A DNA stretch of 64,000 nt, the filler included. It is 4 parts of 4 records of this genome, joined end to end, with 100 filler letters (N's around TTAATTAATTAA, not from the genome) between each part and the next. Parts side by side here need not be neighbours in the genome. Positions count along the whole stretch, not along the records: positions 33,508 to 57,843 come from SRR31156797_14831; positions 57,944 to 64,000 come from SRR31156797_14974; 2 more parts are not named here. The stretch is one strand, 5' to 3'. Below the pieces are notes generated by a model, which had not been told where the DNA came from, ran no database searches, and worked only from the letters and a program-made list of their open reading frames with translations. Below, piece after piece: positions 52,707-62,556 of this stretch (the stretch's first letter is position 1; every line of letters starts with the position of its first letter). A program made the position numbers and the translations under genes.

Positions 52707-52885
52707 AAACTTTTTGAAAAGTTAATCCTATTTAAAAGTCAAAAATAGATAATAAATTTTCTGAGTCGAATCGTTATAATGTAATTTTCAAGATTATTAA
52801 AATCTTATTCTTGATAAAAGAACTGATTTTTTAAAGAACAGTTATCTGCTTAAACTTACTAATCATAACTTCTATTGATAAAATT

Positions 52886-53791
52886 ATGAAAAAAGTTATT
52901 TTTTTACTTATTATTCTATATTCAACAACAGGAGTCTATGCACAAGAAATTTATAAAATTTACGATGGTCAGGCTCCAGGTAGTGAAAACTGGACCGACC
53001 CTGAAATGTCCGTTCCAGCTCCGTGGAGTGGCAATCCTCTTATTTACAATGTAACCGAGCCCACTATTACAGTTTACAAACCAGCTCAGGCTATAAATAC
53101 AGGTGCAGCAATGGTTATCGCGCCGGGTGGTGGCAATAATTTTCTTACCTGGATTGAAGAAGGTGTTAATGTGGCCGAGTGGTTTCAACGTCACGGAGTG
53201 ACCGGTATTGTCCTTAAGTACCGAACTAATCAGGCCGGTTCACAGGAAGAAATCGAGGAATCTTTCAGAAATATTTCGGCTATATCTATAACTTCAAGCG
53301 ATGATTCTGATAATGAAATTGTATTTGAGGCTCCCAAACCAGTTGAGATTGAACCAACACTGCAAGGCGACGATGGCCGTCAGGCGATAAGATATGTACG
53401 CGAACATGCCGAAGAACTCGGAATTAATCCTGACAAAGTTGGACTAATGGGATTTTCAGCCGGTGCTGTGTTAACATCAAATGTAATATACATTCATGAT
53501 GAAGAGACTCGTCCTGATCTTGCAGCCTTTATTTATGGTAGAGGTGTGGCTAATACAATAGCCGATCCAATGCCGCTGTTTTTATGCTCTCCGGTGTATG
53601 ATGCAGCTAGTCTTCCGGCAACAGGACTATTATATATGCATCTGAACTGGAAAGCTGCGCGAGTGCCAACCGGATTACAGTTTATTCACAATGCCAGTCA
53701 TGGAGAGGGACTTCAATATAATGGCAAAGAATGGAACGAATGGATTACCAATCTCTATAACTTTATGAAAGCGGTTGATTTTGTTGAATAG
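52886..53791 (+). CDS. Alpha/beta hydrolase (carbohydrate esterase-like)
   Basis: IAPGGG, GFSAG nucleophile motif, HG near the C-terminus and a signal peptide. Confidence 0.88.
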   Translation: MKKVIFLLIILYSTTGVYAQEIYKIYDGQAPGSENWTDPEMSVPAPWSGNPLIYNVTEPTITVYKPAQAINTGAAMVIAPGGGNNFLTWIEEGVNVAEWFQRHGVTGIVLKYRTNQAGSQEEIEESFRNISAISITSSDDSDNEIVFEAPKPVEIEPTLQGDDGRQAIRYVREHAEELGINPDKVGLMGFSAGAVLTSNVIYIHDEETRPDLAAFIYGRGVANTIADPMPLFLCSPVYDAASLPATGLLYMHLNWKAARVPTGLQFIHNASHGEGLQYNGKEWNEWITNLYNFMKAVDFVE

Positions 53792-54023
53792 CTTGTCACT
53801 AAAAAGCAGTTAGAAAGTATTTTGATAATTAACTAAAATGAAACTTTAACATCAAATAAAGTAAAAAGGATTTTTTAAGGAACAATGGGAGATTAATTTG
53901 GTTTTGTGGCAATTCTTATTTTTCGTTAATAGCCTAAAATATTATACAAACAAACTTAAACAACTAAAATTAAACACAATGCAAATAGAAGCATCGCTTA
54001 TATTAATTAACAAAAGATATATA

Positions 54024-57000
54024 ATGATTCTGCGAGTTGCACTGATTATAAGTAGCCTTTTCCTGGTATCCTGCAAAAACAAAACTAAAGATGTTAATGA
54101 TCAGCTTGAAATAGGATTTATAAATCCCCCCGAAGCTGCCAGGCCACGCGTTTGGTGGCATTGGATGAACGGAAATGTTACTTGGGAAGGTGCCAAAGCC
54201 GACATGGACTGGATGAAACGGGTTGGTATTGGTGGACTGCAAAGTTTTGATGCCGGAATGACAACTCCACAGGTTGTTGACGTTCGACTTCCTTACATGA
54301 CCGATGGCTGGAAAGATGTATTTGCCAAAACAGCTGCTTATGCCGATTCGCTAAACCTGGAACTCGGGATTGCTGCTTCACCGGGCTGGAGTGAAACCGG
54401 AGGACCCTGGGTAACTGCCAAAGATGCCATGAAAAAAATGGTTTGGTCTGTAACTTATGTTGAAGGGGAAAAACCTTTTTCCGGCATTTTACCAAAACCT
54501 CCGACAGTAACCGGTGTTTTTCAATCCAGTACTGCAGGCGGTGTTTTAGGTGGCAGAGCTCACGGACAAGAACCGCCGGAGTTATATAAGGATCAAAAGG
54601 TAATCGCCTTTAAAATTCCTGATGATGCCGTTTTACCCACACCGGTTATTTCCAGCAGTGGCGGAAAATTAGATACTCAAGCCCTTTCCGACGGTGATTT
54701 GGAACAAACTGCTATAGATCTACCTGCCGGGAAAGAGACCGGGGAAATTTCCTGGATTCAATTTGATTATGGAAAACCAGTTACAGTGAGAGGGCTCATT
54801 TTATCATCCACGGTTTTTGCAGCTTATTACAATGGTCTTGAACCTTCCTATCGGAGCGGAACACCTCCTACTCTTTTTAAACTTGAAGCCGGCAACGATG
54901 GTATTTCTTGGTTCGACACAAATGCCAAAATTCAAACAGGAGCTCCCGAACGTTCCATTTCTGTGAACAATATAAATGCAAGATATTTTCGCTTTATAAG
55001 TATAAAACAACCACCACTCGAGAATCAGATTGTAAGACGTTTTGAACGACCGGCAGGTGCTCCCCCGGAAAGCATTGGAATAAAAGAACTTGTTTTACGT
55101 GGAGAAGCAACTGTGCATTCTTTCGAAGAAAAAGCGGCTTTTGCAAACAATAGCTGGTATTATGAGTTACCAAGCGGAACTGAAGGTACTGAGGCTGCCA
55201 TAAAAAATGATGAAATAATCGATATATCAAACCAGATGCAGGAAAATGGACAACTCAACTGGAATCCACCTGCAGGAAAATGGATGGTAATGCGTATCGG
55301 ATACTCACTGACCGGGGCAATGAACCGTCCGGCTTCTCCCGAAGCTACCGGTCTCGAAGTAGATAAACTGGACAGTGCAGCGGTGAGGCGTTATATCAGT
55401 ACTTATCTGTCAATGTACAATGATGCATCCAACGGATTGATGGGAAAACACGGTTTGCGTGCCATCATGTTTGATAGCTGGGAAGCAAGCAATACCAACT
55501 GGACACCTTTAATACTCGATAATTTTAAACAATTACGTGGTTACGATCCACTTCAATGGCTTCCTACTTTGGCCGGTTATGTTGTGGAAAGCCCCGAGAA
55601 AAGTGATGCTTTTCTTTTTGACTGGCGAAGAACCATTCAACAGTTATTAAAAGAAAATCATTACGAATTACTCACTCGCATTCTTCATGAAAGAGGCTTG
55701 ATTAGATATGGTGAAGCACATGAAGAGCTATTCTCAACCATGGGTGACGGAATGGAAATGAAACAATCAGCCGATGTTCCCATGGCCGCCATGTGGCAGG
55801 TAAATACACCCGGAGATATTGAAGGTGTTTATTTTAATGATAACCAGGAATCTGCATCTGTTGCACATATTTATGGACAAAATATTTCAGCAACCGAATC
55901 TTTTACCGGTGGCCCAAGATACGGTACTGCACCCTGGGATTTAAAAAGCACTGCCGATGCTATCCTTCTTGCCGGTTCCAACCGATTTGTTATTCATACA
56001 TCAACGCACCAGCCCATTACAAAAGGGCCGGGAATGACATTGGGTGTGGGTCAGTATTTCACCCGAAATGAAACCTGGGCAGAACAGGCAAAACCATGGA
56101 TCGAATATCTATCAAGGTCATCATATCTGTTGCAACAGGGAAAAGCGGCCAATAATATTGCAGTTTTTTATGGCGAAACGTCACCTGTAATTTCACAATA
56201 CAGAAATAGCTACCCTGCAATACCGGAAGGATACCGCTATGATTATGTAAATTCAGATGTCATACTGAATAAACTCTCAGTAAAAAACGGTTCAATGGTT
56301 ACCGAATCCGGCATGAATTATAAAGCCATTTATTTTGGCAACGGTACCGAAAAAGTAACCCTCCCGGTACTTACAAAAGTGCTGGAAATGGTTCGTGATG
56401 GCGCTGTCCTGATTGGCACCCGGCCTGAAGGTTCTCCAAGTCTCTCTGATGATCCGGCTCAGATAAATTCAGTTCTCGACATATTGTGGCCCGGTGGAAC
56501 AAAGACATCAGTTGGAACAGGGCTCGTATTCAACTCAAAAATTGTAGAACAAAATATGCTGGATGAAATAAACCTTCCTCCTGACTTTACTTACACCCAA
56601 CCCATGGAAGACAGCCATGTAATGTTTATCCACAGAAAACTTTTAAAAGGAGATATTTATTTTTTGGCCAACCGAATAGACCGTACTGAAACAATTGAAG
56701 CCAGTTTCCACGTAACCGGATATAAACCAGAACTTTGGGATCCTTCAACAGGAAATATAAGTCCGGTTTCTTACCGTTTTGATGATAATCGTACAAATGT
56801 TACCATTCCACTTGATCGTTTTGGTTCAGTATTTATCGTCTTTCGCGAACCAACAAAAATAAATAGCCAAACATTGTCCCCGATTAAAATGCGTATTGTT
56901 GAGGAATTAAAAGGTCCCTGGCAGGTAGAATTTCAGGAAGAAAGGGGTGCACCCACTTCAACAACATTTGATCAACTTATGGACTTCCGTGAAAATTCGG

Positions 57001-57392
57001 ATCCTGGTATACGTTATTTTTCAGGAATTGCAACTTATTCCAGGGAAATTAATATTCCGGAAAATGAAATTGGCAATGAAGGACAACTATGGATTGATCT
57101 GGGAGATGTTTATAATCTTGCTGAAGTTTGGGTAAACGGCAAACTTGCCGGAACAGCATGGAAACCCCCATATCGCGTGAATATTGACAATAAAGTAACC
57201 GCAGGAAAAAACCTTGTTGAAATCAAATCGGTAAACCTGTGGGTAAACCGTTTAATTGGAGATGAACAACCCGGAGTAGATGAAAAGGTAACGTTAACCA
57301 CTCGTTCGATGTATAGAGCTGATTCTCCTTTAGTTCCTTCAGGGCTGATGGGCCCAGTTAGGATAATTTATCTGTCAGGCAATATACAATAG
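54024..57392 (+). CDS. GH106 alpha-L-rhamnosidase-like lipoprotein
   Basis: LVSC lipobox, RPRVWWHWMNGN, GWSETGGPW, DSWE, ESASVAHIYG and SGLMGPV motifs. Confidence 0.9.
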   Translation: MILRVALIISSLFLVSCKNKTKDVNDQLEIGFINPPEAARPRVWWHWMNGNVTWEGAKADMDWMKRVGIGGLQSFDAGMTTPQVVDVRLPYMTDGWKDVFAKTAAYADSLNLELGIAASPGWSETGGPWVTAKDAMKKMVWSVTYVEGEKPFSGILPKPPTVTGVFQSSTAGGVLGGRAHGQEPPELYKDQKVIAFKIPDDAVLPTPVISSSGGKLDTQALSDGDLEQTAIDLPAGKETGEISWIQFDYGKPVTVRGLILSSTVFAAYYNGLEPSYRSGTPPTLFKLEAGNDGISWFDTNAKIQTGAPERSISVNNINARYFRFISIKQPPLENQIVRRFERPAGAPPESIGIKELVLRGEATVHSFEEKAAFANNSWYYELPSGTEGTEAAIKNDEIIDISNQMQENGQLNWNPPAGKWMVMRIGYSLTGAMNRPASPEATGLEVDKLDSAAVRRYISTYLSMYNDASNGLMGKHGLRAIMFDSWEASNTNWTPLILDNFKQLRGYDPLQWLPTLAGYVVESPEKSDAFLFDWRRTIQQLLKENHYELLTRILHERGLIRYGEAHEELFSTMGDGMEMKQSADVPMAAMWQVNTPGDIEGVYFNDNQESASVAHIYGQNISATESFTGGPRYGTAPWDLKSTADAILLAGSNRFVIHTSTHQPITKGPGMTLGVGQYFTRNETWAEQAKPWIEYLSRSSYLLQQGKAANNIAVFYGETSPVISQYRNSYPAIPEGYRYDYVNSDVILNKLSVKNGSMVTESGMNYKAIYFGNGTEKVTLPVLTKVLEMVRDGAVLIGTRPEGSPSLSDDPAQINSVLDILWPGGTKTSVGTGLVFNSKIVEQNMLDEINLPPDFTYTQPMEDSHVMFIHRKLLKGDIYFLANRIDRTETIEASFHVTGYKPELWDPSTGNISPVSYRFDDNRTNVTIPLDRFGSVFIVFREPTKINSQTLSPIKMRIVEELKGPWQVEFQEERGAPTSTTFDQLMDFRENSDPGIRYFSGIATYSREINIPENEIGNEGQLWIDLGDVYNLAEVWVNGKLAGTAWKPPYRVNIDNKVTAGKNLVEIKSVNLWVNRLIGDEQPGVDEKVTLTTRSMYRADSPLVPSGLMGPVRIIYLSGNIQ

Positions 57393-57408
57393 CTAAAAAA
57401 CAATTATT

Positions 57409-57614
57409 ATGAAAAACATTCAACTCATTTTTGTTTTACGGTTTATAAGCAGCCAAATTTGCTTTTCACAAACAAAAGAAACCGCTACTTTTAATGTTGG
57501 CGCTACCAAAATAGATATAACTCGTAAACCGGAAGATTTACCGGCTAATTTTACAAAAATTCATGATACTTATATATAAGGGCAGTTGCTATCGACAATG
57601 GAATAACCTATTAG
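57409..57614 (+). pseudogene. Frameshifted fragment of a neutral-ceramidase-like protein
   Basis: Signal peptide then VGATKIDIT...IHD. A frameshift near 57570 continues as LYIRAVAIDNG, then a stop. Confidence 0.65.
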
Positions 57615-57721
57615 CAGATTTGTTTGGTTTGCGGTAATTAAAGTTATTAAATCAGAATTATTCCAAATAATAAATTGCAATTAAAAACAGTAAATTTTAC
57701 AACATAATATACTAACCAAAA

Positions 57722-57843
57722 ATGAAATCAAAATTAAAAATGAAAAGAAGAAAGCAATTTCTTTATTCGGTACTGCTTTTGGCAGTTATATCATTAATTT
57801 TTGAACACTGTAAAAGTTCAGATAATACTGAAGGAATTGAACT
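57722..57843 (+). CDS. N-terminus of a putative lipoprotein, truncated by contig end
   Basis: MKSKLKMKRRKQFLYSVLLLAVISLIFEHC signal-like sequence. Confidence 0.5.
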
Positions 57844-57943
57844 NNNNNNNNNNNNNNNNNNNNNNNNNNNNNNNNNNNNNNNNNNNNTTAATTAATTAAN
57901 NNNNNNNNNNNNNNNNNNNNNNNNNNNNNNNNNNNNNNNNNNN
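57844..57943. other. Artificial contig linker
   Basis: N44-TTAATTAATTAA-N44. Confidence 0.99.
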
Positions 57944-57956
57944 TGAGTATCAACCG

Positions 57957-58196
57957 TTAATGCAAACATAGCGTTTTTTTATGTATGTTAGGATCTTCAC
58001 CCAATCGAATCGTATTAAGAATCTCATCTCTTTTAGCTTTACAAAACTTCTCATTTATACCACCTGATTTATTACCCACTTTCAACCATTTTAATTTATT
58101 AGTCAAATCTTTATAAGTGATATAAAAAACTATATCATTATCTTTCAAGTGGTTGAGGTATACACCTATATACTTTTTACTCTTGATTCTAGCCAT
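57957..58196 (-). pseudogene. N-terminal (arm-binding) fragment of a tyrosine integrase
   Basis: KY.GVY...FYITYK...KW.KVG.KS.GI resembles island integrase N-termini. It lies next to a tRNA 3' duplication, has an AAGG RBS and stops after 79 aa. Confidence 0.65.
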
Positions 58197-58210
58197 AATT
58201 TACCTTTATT

Positions 58211-58230
58211 TTGCTAACCTATTGCTAACC
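58211..58230. repeat. Tandem 9-bp direct repeat, possible integrase arm-type sites
   Basis: TTGCTAACC at 58211-58219 and 58222-58230. Confidence 0.6.
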
Positions 58231-58358
58231 ATTTTAAATAAAACATAAGGAAATTATAGAAAACATTAGATTACATATAAGTTAAACAAAACCTTTATTT
58301 AAAGTATTTTAGAAGATTTTAGAAAACATTAAAAAAGTTGAGAAAACGGTATAAATAC

Positions 58359-58377
58359 AATCCCTTCCTGTCTGCCA
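58359..58377 (+). mobile_element. att core: duplicated tRNA 3' end, probably tRNA-Ser
   Basis: AATCCCTTCCTGTCTGCCA is a T-arm 3' half, acceptor strand, discriminator G and CCA, without the rest of the tRNA. Confidence 0.8.
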
Positions 58378-58537
58378 TTATTCAGTTACTACATAGACTA
58401 AATTATAATATAATTTCACTTTTTTAAATTTATCAGTCATAATAAACAACACTTCATAAGCTTTGACCTTGACTTCGATAGATTTTTTCAATCTATAGAG
58501 CTCATAAACTTACTTAATTGAAAGATTATGTATTATT

Positions 58538-61500
58538 TTAATAATCATCCATAAAATCCCTTTTCTTTTCTCTTCTTATATCATCTTCAATATTTGATAT
58601 ATGTTTTTCTATTTTTTGTCTATGTTCTAAGAAATCTATGCCATTTATATTTTTAAGTAAGGAGCTGTAAAAGTCTAAATCTTTTTGATATACAGGTACC
58701 CAACTACCATTTGAACTTTTTGAACTGGGTTCTAAAGCAAGTTTATCAAATAATTCAAAAGATTTATTGTTTTTCAAAAAATGTAAGATATATTGTTCTC
58801 TAAATTTATAATTTAATGTAGAAATATAATCAAATATAAAAACCATTTTATGTTTATCATCTGAAAATGTATCTAGAAGTTTTTCTATGCAATAATTTAA
58901 ATTTTTATAGTACTTGCTTTTATCTAATTCAAAAAATGCTTCTAAAATATCTCCCTTTCTTAAATATCTTCTTTTAGATGTTTTTTGAAGAATTAAATCT
59001 ATTAAATTAAAAAATATTGTTTCAAAATCTTCTCTTTCCCATAAAACTGAAAAGTTAGGATAAATATCATATGCTGTTAAATATTCTTTGTCCTTAAAAA
59101 GTTTATCAATATAAAGTGTTAGAAAATTACTATCATAATCTATTAATTTATTTAAATATATTGCATCATAGTCATGATATGTATCATTATCCATAGAAAT
59201 TAAATAACATTGTTTAATTAGTTCCATATCTTCCTGAAAATATTTTTCTATATTCTTTGAAATTTCATTTGCATGATTGAATAGTATATCAAAGCCATGA
59301 AAAAATTTAGGATTTTCATTTGTTGCCCTCTTTACTAAAATCTGAACAACTAAAACAAATATATTTTTTTCTATTTTGAGATACTTCTTTAAATAATCTA
59401 AATGGTACGGCACTGAGAATACATCAGTATTTTTATATAATTCTAGAAGTTCTTTAACATCATTTTCATCTATATCTTCCTCTTTTAATAAGCCATAAAA
59501 ACTAAACCAAAAGTCATTTTTATAATTAAATGTATGTTGACTAATAAATTTTTTTGCTTTATTCTTACCCAAAATCTCATAGAGATTAATTGGATAAAAT
59601 CTTAGTTTAAATGGGTTTTCTAATTTCAAATAACTATCTAATACTTGAATATATAAGTTTGGATTTTGTTCTGCCAAATTTATCAATAGCAATGATAAAT
59701 TATGAGTAAATTTATAAGCATCTCTACTATTTTTCTTTTCGATAATTTTAGATTTTTCAAATAAAGTTTCCCAATCAGATAGTTTATAGTTTTTTACAAA
59801 ATCATATAGTCTTTTTTTATGGATTTCTCTAATTTCGTCCCAATCAGTTTTTTCTTCTTTATCTCTTGGAAACTCCAACGATATACCAACATCATCTAGC
59901 ATCAAAATTTTTTCTAAATCATATAATTCATGTTTATATTCCTTTTTTAAACTACTATCAAAAGATAATGAATATTTTTCAAAATGTTCTAAAATGATTT
60001 GTACCACTTTGACTTCTGGGTATGATTTAGATGTGAAATTTTCATTTATGAATTTAATAATGTTTTCACTATCCCATTTTTCTACTTTTGAAATTTTAAA
60101 TTGCCAACTCATTTTAGATGGGTACTCTTCAAAAAGTCTTAAAATATCATTTTTATATTTTTCATCATTATAAAGAATCGACAATTTTTCAAAAATATCG
60201 CTTCTTAAAAGCTGTAGTTTTTTTGTTTCAGCTAATTTAAAATGTTGCCAAGTAATGGTTCTTTTTTTTGATATGTGTTCTTCACATTCTATTTTAAGGA
60301 ACTCATCACAAACTCTGATAAATAATTTTGATATTAATTCATTTGTACCATTTTCACATTTTTCCCATATTGTATTTAAAACTATTGACTCTTTTTCATA
60401 GCCAAAACGATAACTTTCATAATGATAGCCATAATTATTTGATATAGTTTTTATAACCTCTATTATTAAGCTAGGTCTTTTAGAAAAATAGTTTAATATT
60501 AATTGAATTGCAATTTGAACTGATTGTGGTGAATCGTACCTAAAAGCAGATAATTTATCTAATACCTTATCTTTGATTTCATTTGTATTTGAAGTAGCCC
60601 AAAAATCATTCTTGTCTATTTCAAACAATTCAGTTTCTAAACTATTTATTTTTTTATTAAAATAACTTTGAATATCCGTTTGTAAAAGGTACCAAAACAC
60701 TCCCATCATATCATATAAAAATGACTCATTATTTATGTTTTGTTCCCAAAGTTCATTAATAGGTTGTTTAAGTACATTTATTATTATTTTACTATCAAAT
60801 GTATTAAGTAATGGGCTTAATACATCTACAAACCTTTGTAGATATTGAGGGAATAAAGACTTTAGAAAAAGGCTTATATCAACTTTTTTATCTACAAAAA
60901 CAATTTTATAGAATAAATAAGTTGATAGAATTTGGTCAGATACCTTTACTACTTCATTTTCATATAAATCAAAAATTTCTAAATTATGCAATATCTCTAT
61001 ATTATCCCATAAATTGCTAATTGAAATATTAAATGAACTTTCTATAAGTTCACATTGTTCTTTATTACTTTTATCAACAACTCTAAAAAAAGAAACTATG
61101 ACTATTGTAAATAATAAAGCTTTATCATCAAAAATATCTAAATCACTACGGATATTTGAAAAATATTCATCATAAATTGATGTAACATCATATAATGAAT
61201 CAAGGCTATCTTCTTTATATGCTATTGAAGCTGCCATTATTGCTAATCTTGGATTACCTTGTGATACATTAACTATTCTATCTAAGTATATTGCATTATT
61301 TATATCAAATTCTTTTTTTATGATATTTTTAATTGAATCTTCATTGAGTGGTTGCAAATCAAATTCTGCAAAATTAATTTTATTAAGTATTTTATCAATG
61401 ATTTTATCTTTTGCATAATCTCTTACAGTGGCAACTATTTTTATATAGCCATTTTTTACTTTTTCTCCAAAATAATTTAATGTATAATCAAGAGCCTCAT

Positions 61501-62305
61501 GTATTCTATTCACATCATCAATTAATATAAGATATTTTTTTTCATCACTAAAATATAAAATCATATCATCAAGTATATTTGCACCACGATTTAAAATTGC
61601 TTTGAACTGATAATCCTCAGCTTTCGCATATTTCTTTGAGGTCTCTATTGATAATTTTGTTTTTCCAACTCCCGCACTTCCAGTGACTAAAATAATTGAA
61701 GAGTTATTGATATGTTGATATAAAGTTTCAATTTCTTCATCTCTTCCTTGCAAATTTGTATTTAGAGATGTTGAAAATTTATTAGAATCAAAATTTTGTA
61801 TAAAATTATCATAATCTAAAATTTGCCTTGTATCAATAGAAATATCAAGAAAATCTTTTGCAATATTAGGATACTTGTTAAAAAGTTCATGTGCTATTGT
61901 TGAATTACCTAAAATTAAACAATCAGTATTATTCTTAGTACATAAATCTTTTAGTATTTTAGTTTCATTTGTATTAAAATCAGAATTACATGCTAATATT
62001 ATTTGTTTAATATTATCTATATCAATACTAGTTTTCGATGAATCAAAACACTTTTCAATATCATTTGAAAATTTATCTATAATATTAGTTTTTTGAGTTG
62101 TATATTCTATAAAAACATAATTTCCATTTTCTAAGATTGCATAACTATCTGGAGTACCTTTAGTCGGTTTATCTTCAGCTAATTTTGTACCATTTGAAAC
62201 AATCTTATAGTTATATTCTTTTGATAAATAAGTATCAACTAGTTTATGAAATCTAGTTGCATCAATTTCTTGTAAAGCTTTTTCAATTTGATTAATTTTA
62301 GACAT
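58538..62305 (-). CDS. Nuclease-like N-domain plus STAND NTPase plus long helical C-domain (Avs-like antiphage candidate)
   Basis: GTPDSY...FIEYTTQ, Walker A GSAGVGKT, Walker B LILIDD, IVATVR and GxP motif SQGNPRLA. A GAGG RBS precedes MSKINQ. Confidence 0.8.
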   Translation of the reverse strand: MSKINQIEKALQEIDATRFHKLVDTYLSKEYNYKIVSNGTKLAEDKPTKGTPDSYAILENGNYVFIEYTTQKTNIIDKFSNDIEKCFDSSKTSIDIDNIKQIILACNSDFNTNETKILKDLCTKNNTDCLILGNSTIAHELFNKYPNIAKDFLDISIDTRQILDYDNFIQNFDSNKFSTSLNTNLQGRDEEIETLYQHINNSSIILVTGSAGVGKTKLSIETSKKYAKAEDYQFKAILNRGANILDDMILYFSDEKKYLILIDDVNRIHEALDYTLNYFGEKVKNGYIKIVATVRDYAKDKIIDKILNKINFAEFDLQPLNEDSIKNIIKKEFDINNAIYLDRIVNVSQGNPRLAIMAASIAYKEDSLDSLYDVTSIYDEYFSNIRSDLDIFDDKALLFTIVIVSFFRVVDKSNKEQCELIESSFNISISNLWDNIEILHNLEIFDLYENEVVKVSDQILSTYLFYKIVFVDKKVDISLFLKSLFPQYLQRFVDVLSPLLNTFDSKIIINVLKQPINELWEQNINNESFLYDMMGVFWYLLQTDIQSYFNKKINSLETELFEIDKNDFWATSNTNEIKDKVLDKLSAFRYDSPQSVQIAIQLILNYFSKRPSLIIEVIKTISNNYGYHYESYRFGYEKESIVLNTIWEKCENGTNELISKLFIRVCDEFLKIECEEHISKKRTITWQHFKLAETKKLQLLRSDIFEKLSILYNDEKYKNDILRLFEEYPSKMSWQFKISKVEKWDSENIIKFINENFTSKSYPEVKVVQIILEHFEKYSLSFDSSLKKEYKHELYDLEKILMLDDVGISLEFPRDKEEKTDWDEIREIHKKRLYDFVKNYKLSDWETLFEKSKIIEKKNSRDAYKFTHNLSLLLINLAEQNPNLYIQVLDSYLKLENPFKLRFYPINLYEILGKNKAKKFISQHTFNYKNDFWFSFYGLLKEEDIDENDVKELLELYKNTDVFSVPYHLDYLKKYLKIEKNIFVLVVQILVKRATNENPKFFHGFDILFNHANEISKNIEKYFQEDMELIKQCYLISMDNDTYHDYDAIYLNKLIDYDSNFLTLYIDKLFKDKEYLTAYDIYPNFSVLWEREDFETIFFNLIDLILQKTSKRRYLRKGDILEAFFELDKSKYYKNLNYCIEKLLDTFSDDKHKMVFIFDYISTLNYKFREQYILHFLKNNKSFELFDKLALEPSSKSSNGSWVPVYQKDLDFYSSLLKNINGIDFLEHRQKIEKHISNIEDDIRREKKRDFMDDY

Positions 62306-62461
62306 AAAGTAACCTCTATTTATAAAAATAAACAATTATATCATATATTTATTTTCCATCTTTTCAATAGGTTATCATAAAAGTTGTTACAGGGGGATAA
62401 TTAAAAAAAGTATTTAAGGCTTACCTGTAAAATAACAACTTTCATAGAAAGATGGTCATTC

Positions 62462-62554
62462 TTAAAATTCATTTTTTATTTGTTTGACTTGATATAAAAC
62501 TAAAAAGTCTGCTTTCTGAAAGTATATATTTTCAAGTAAATAATGTTTATTCAT
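62462..62554 (-). pseudogene. Possible remnant of a PIN/VapC toxin
   Basis: 30-aa ORF MNKHYLLENIY..., starting 2 nt after the upstream small gene and resembling the YLLDTNI start of PIN domains. Confidence 0.35.
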
Positions 62555-62556
62555 GA

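Noticed and set aside
58300-58377. Intact tRNA gene
   Set aside because: Only the last 19 nt are tRNA-like and the upstream sequence cannot form a cloverleaf, so it is treated as an att duplication.
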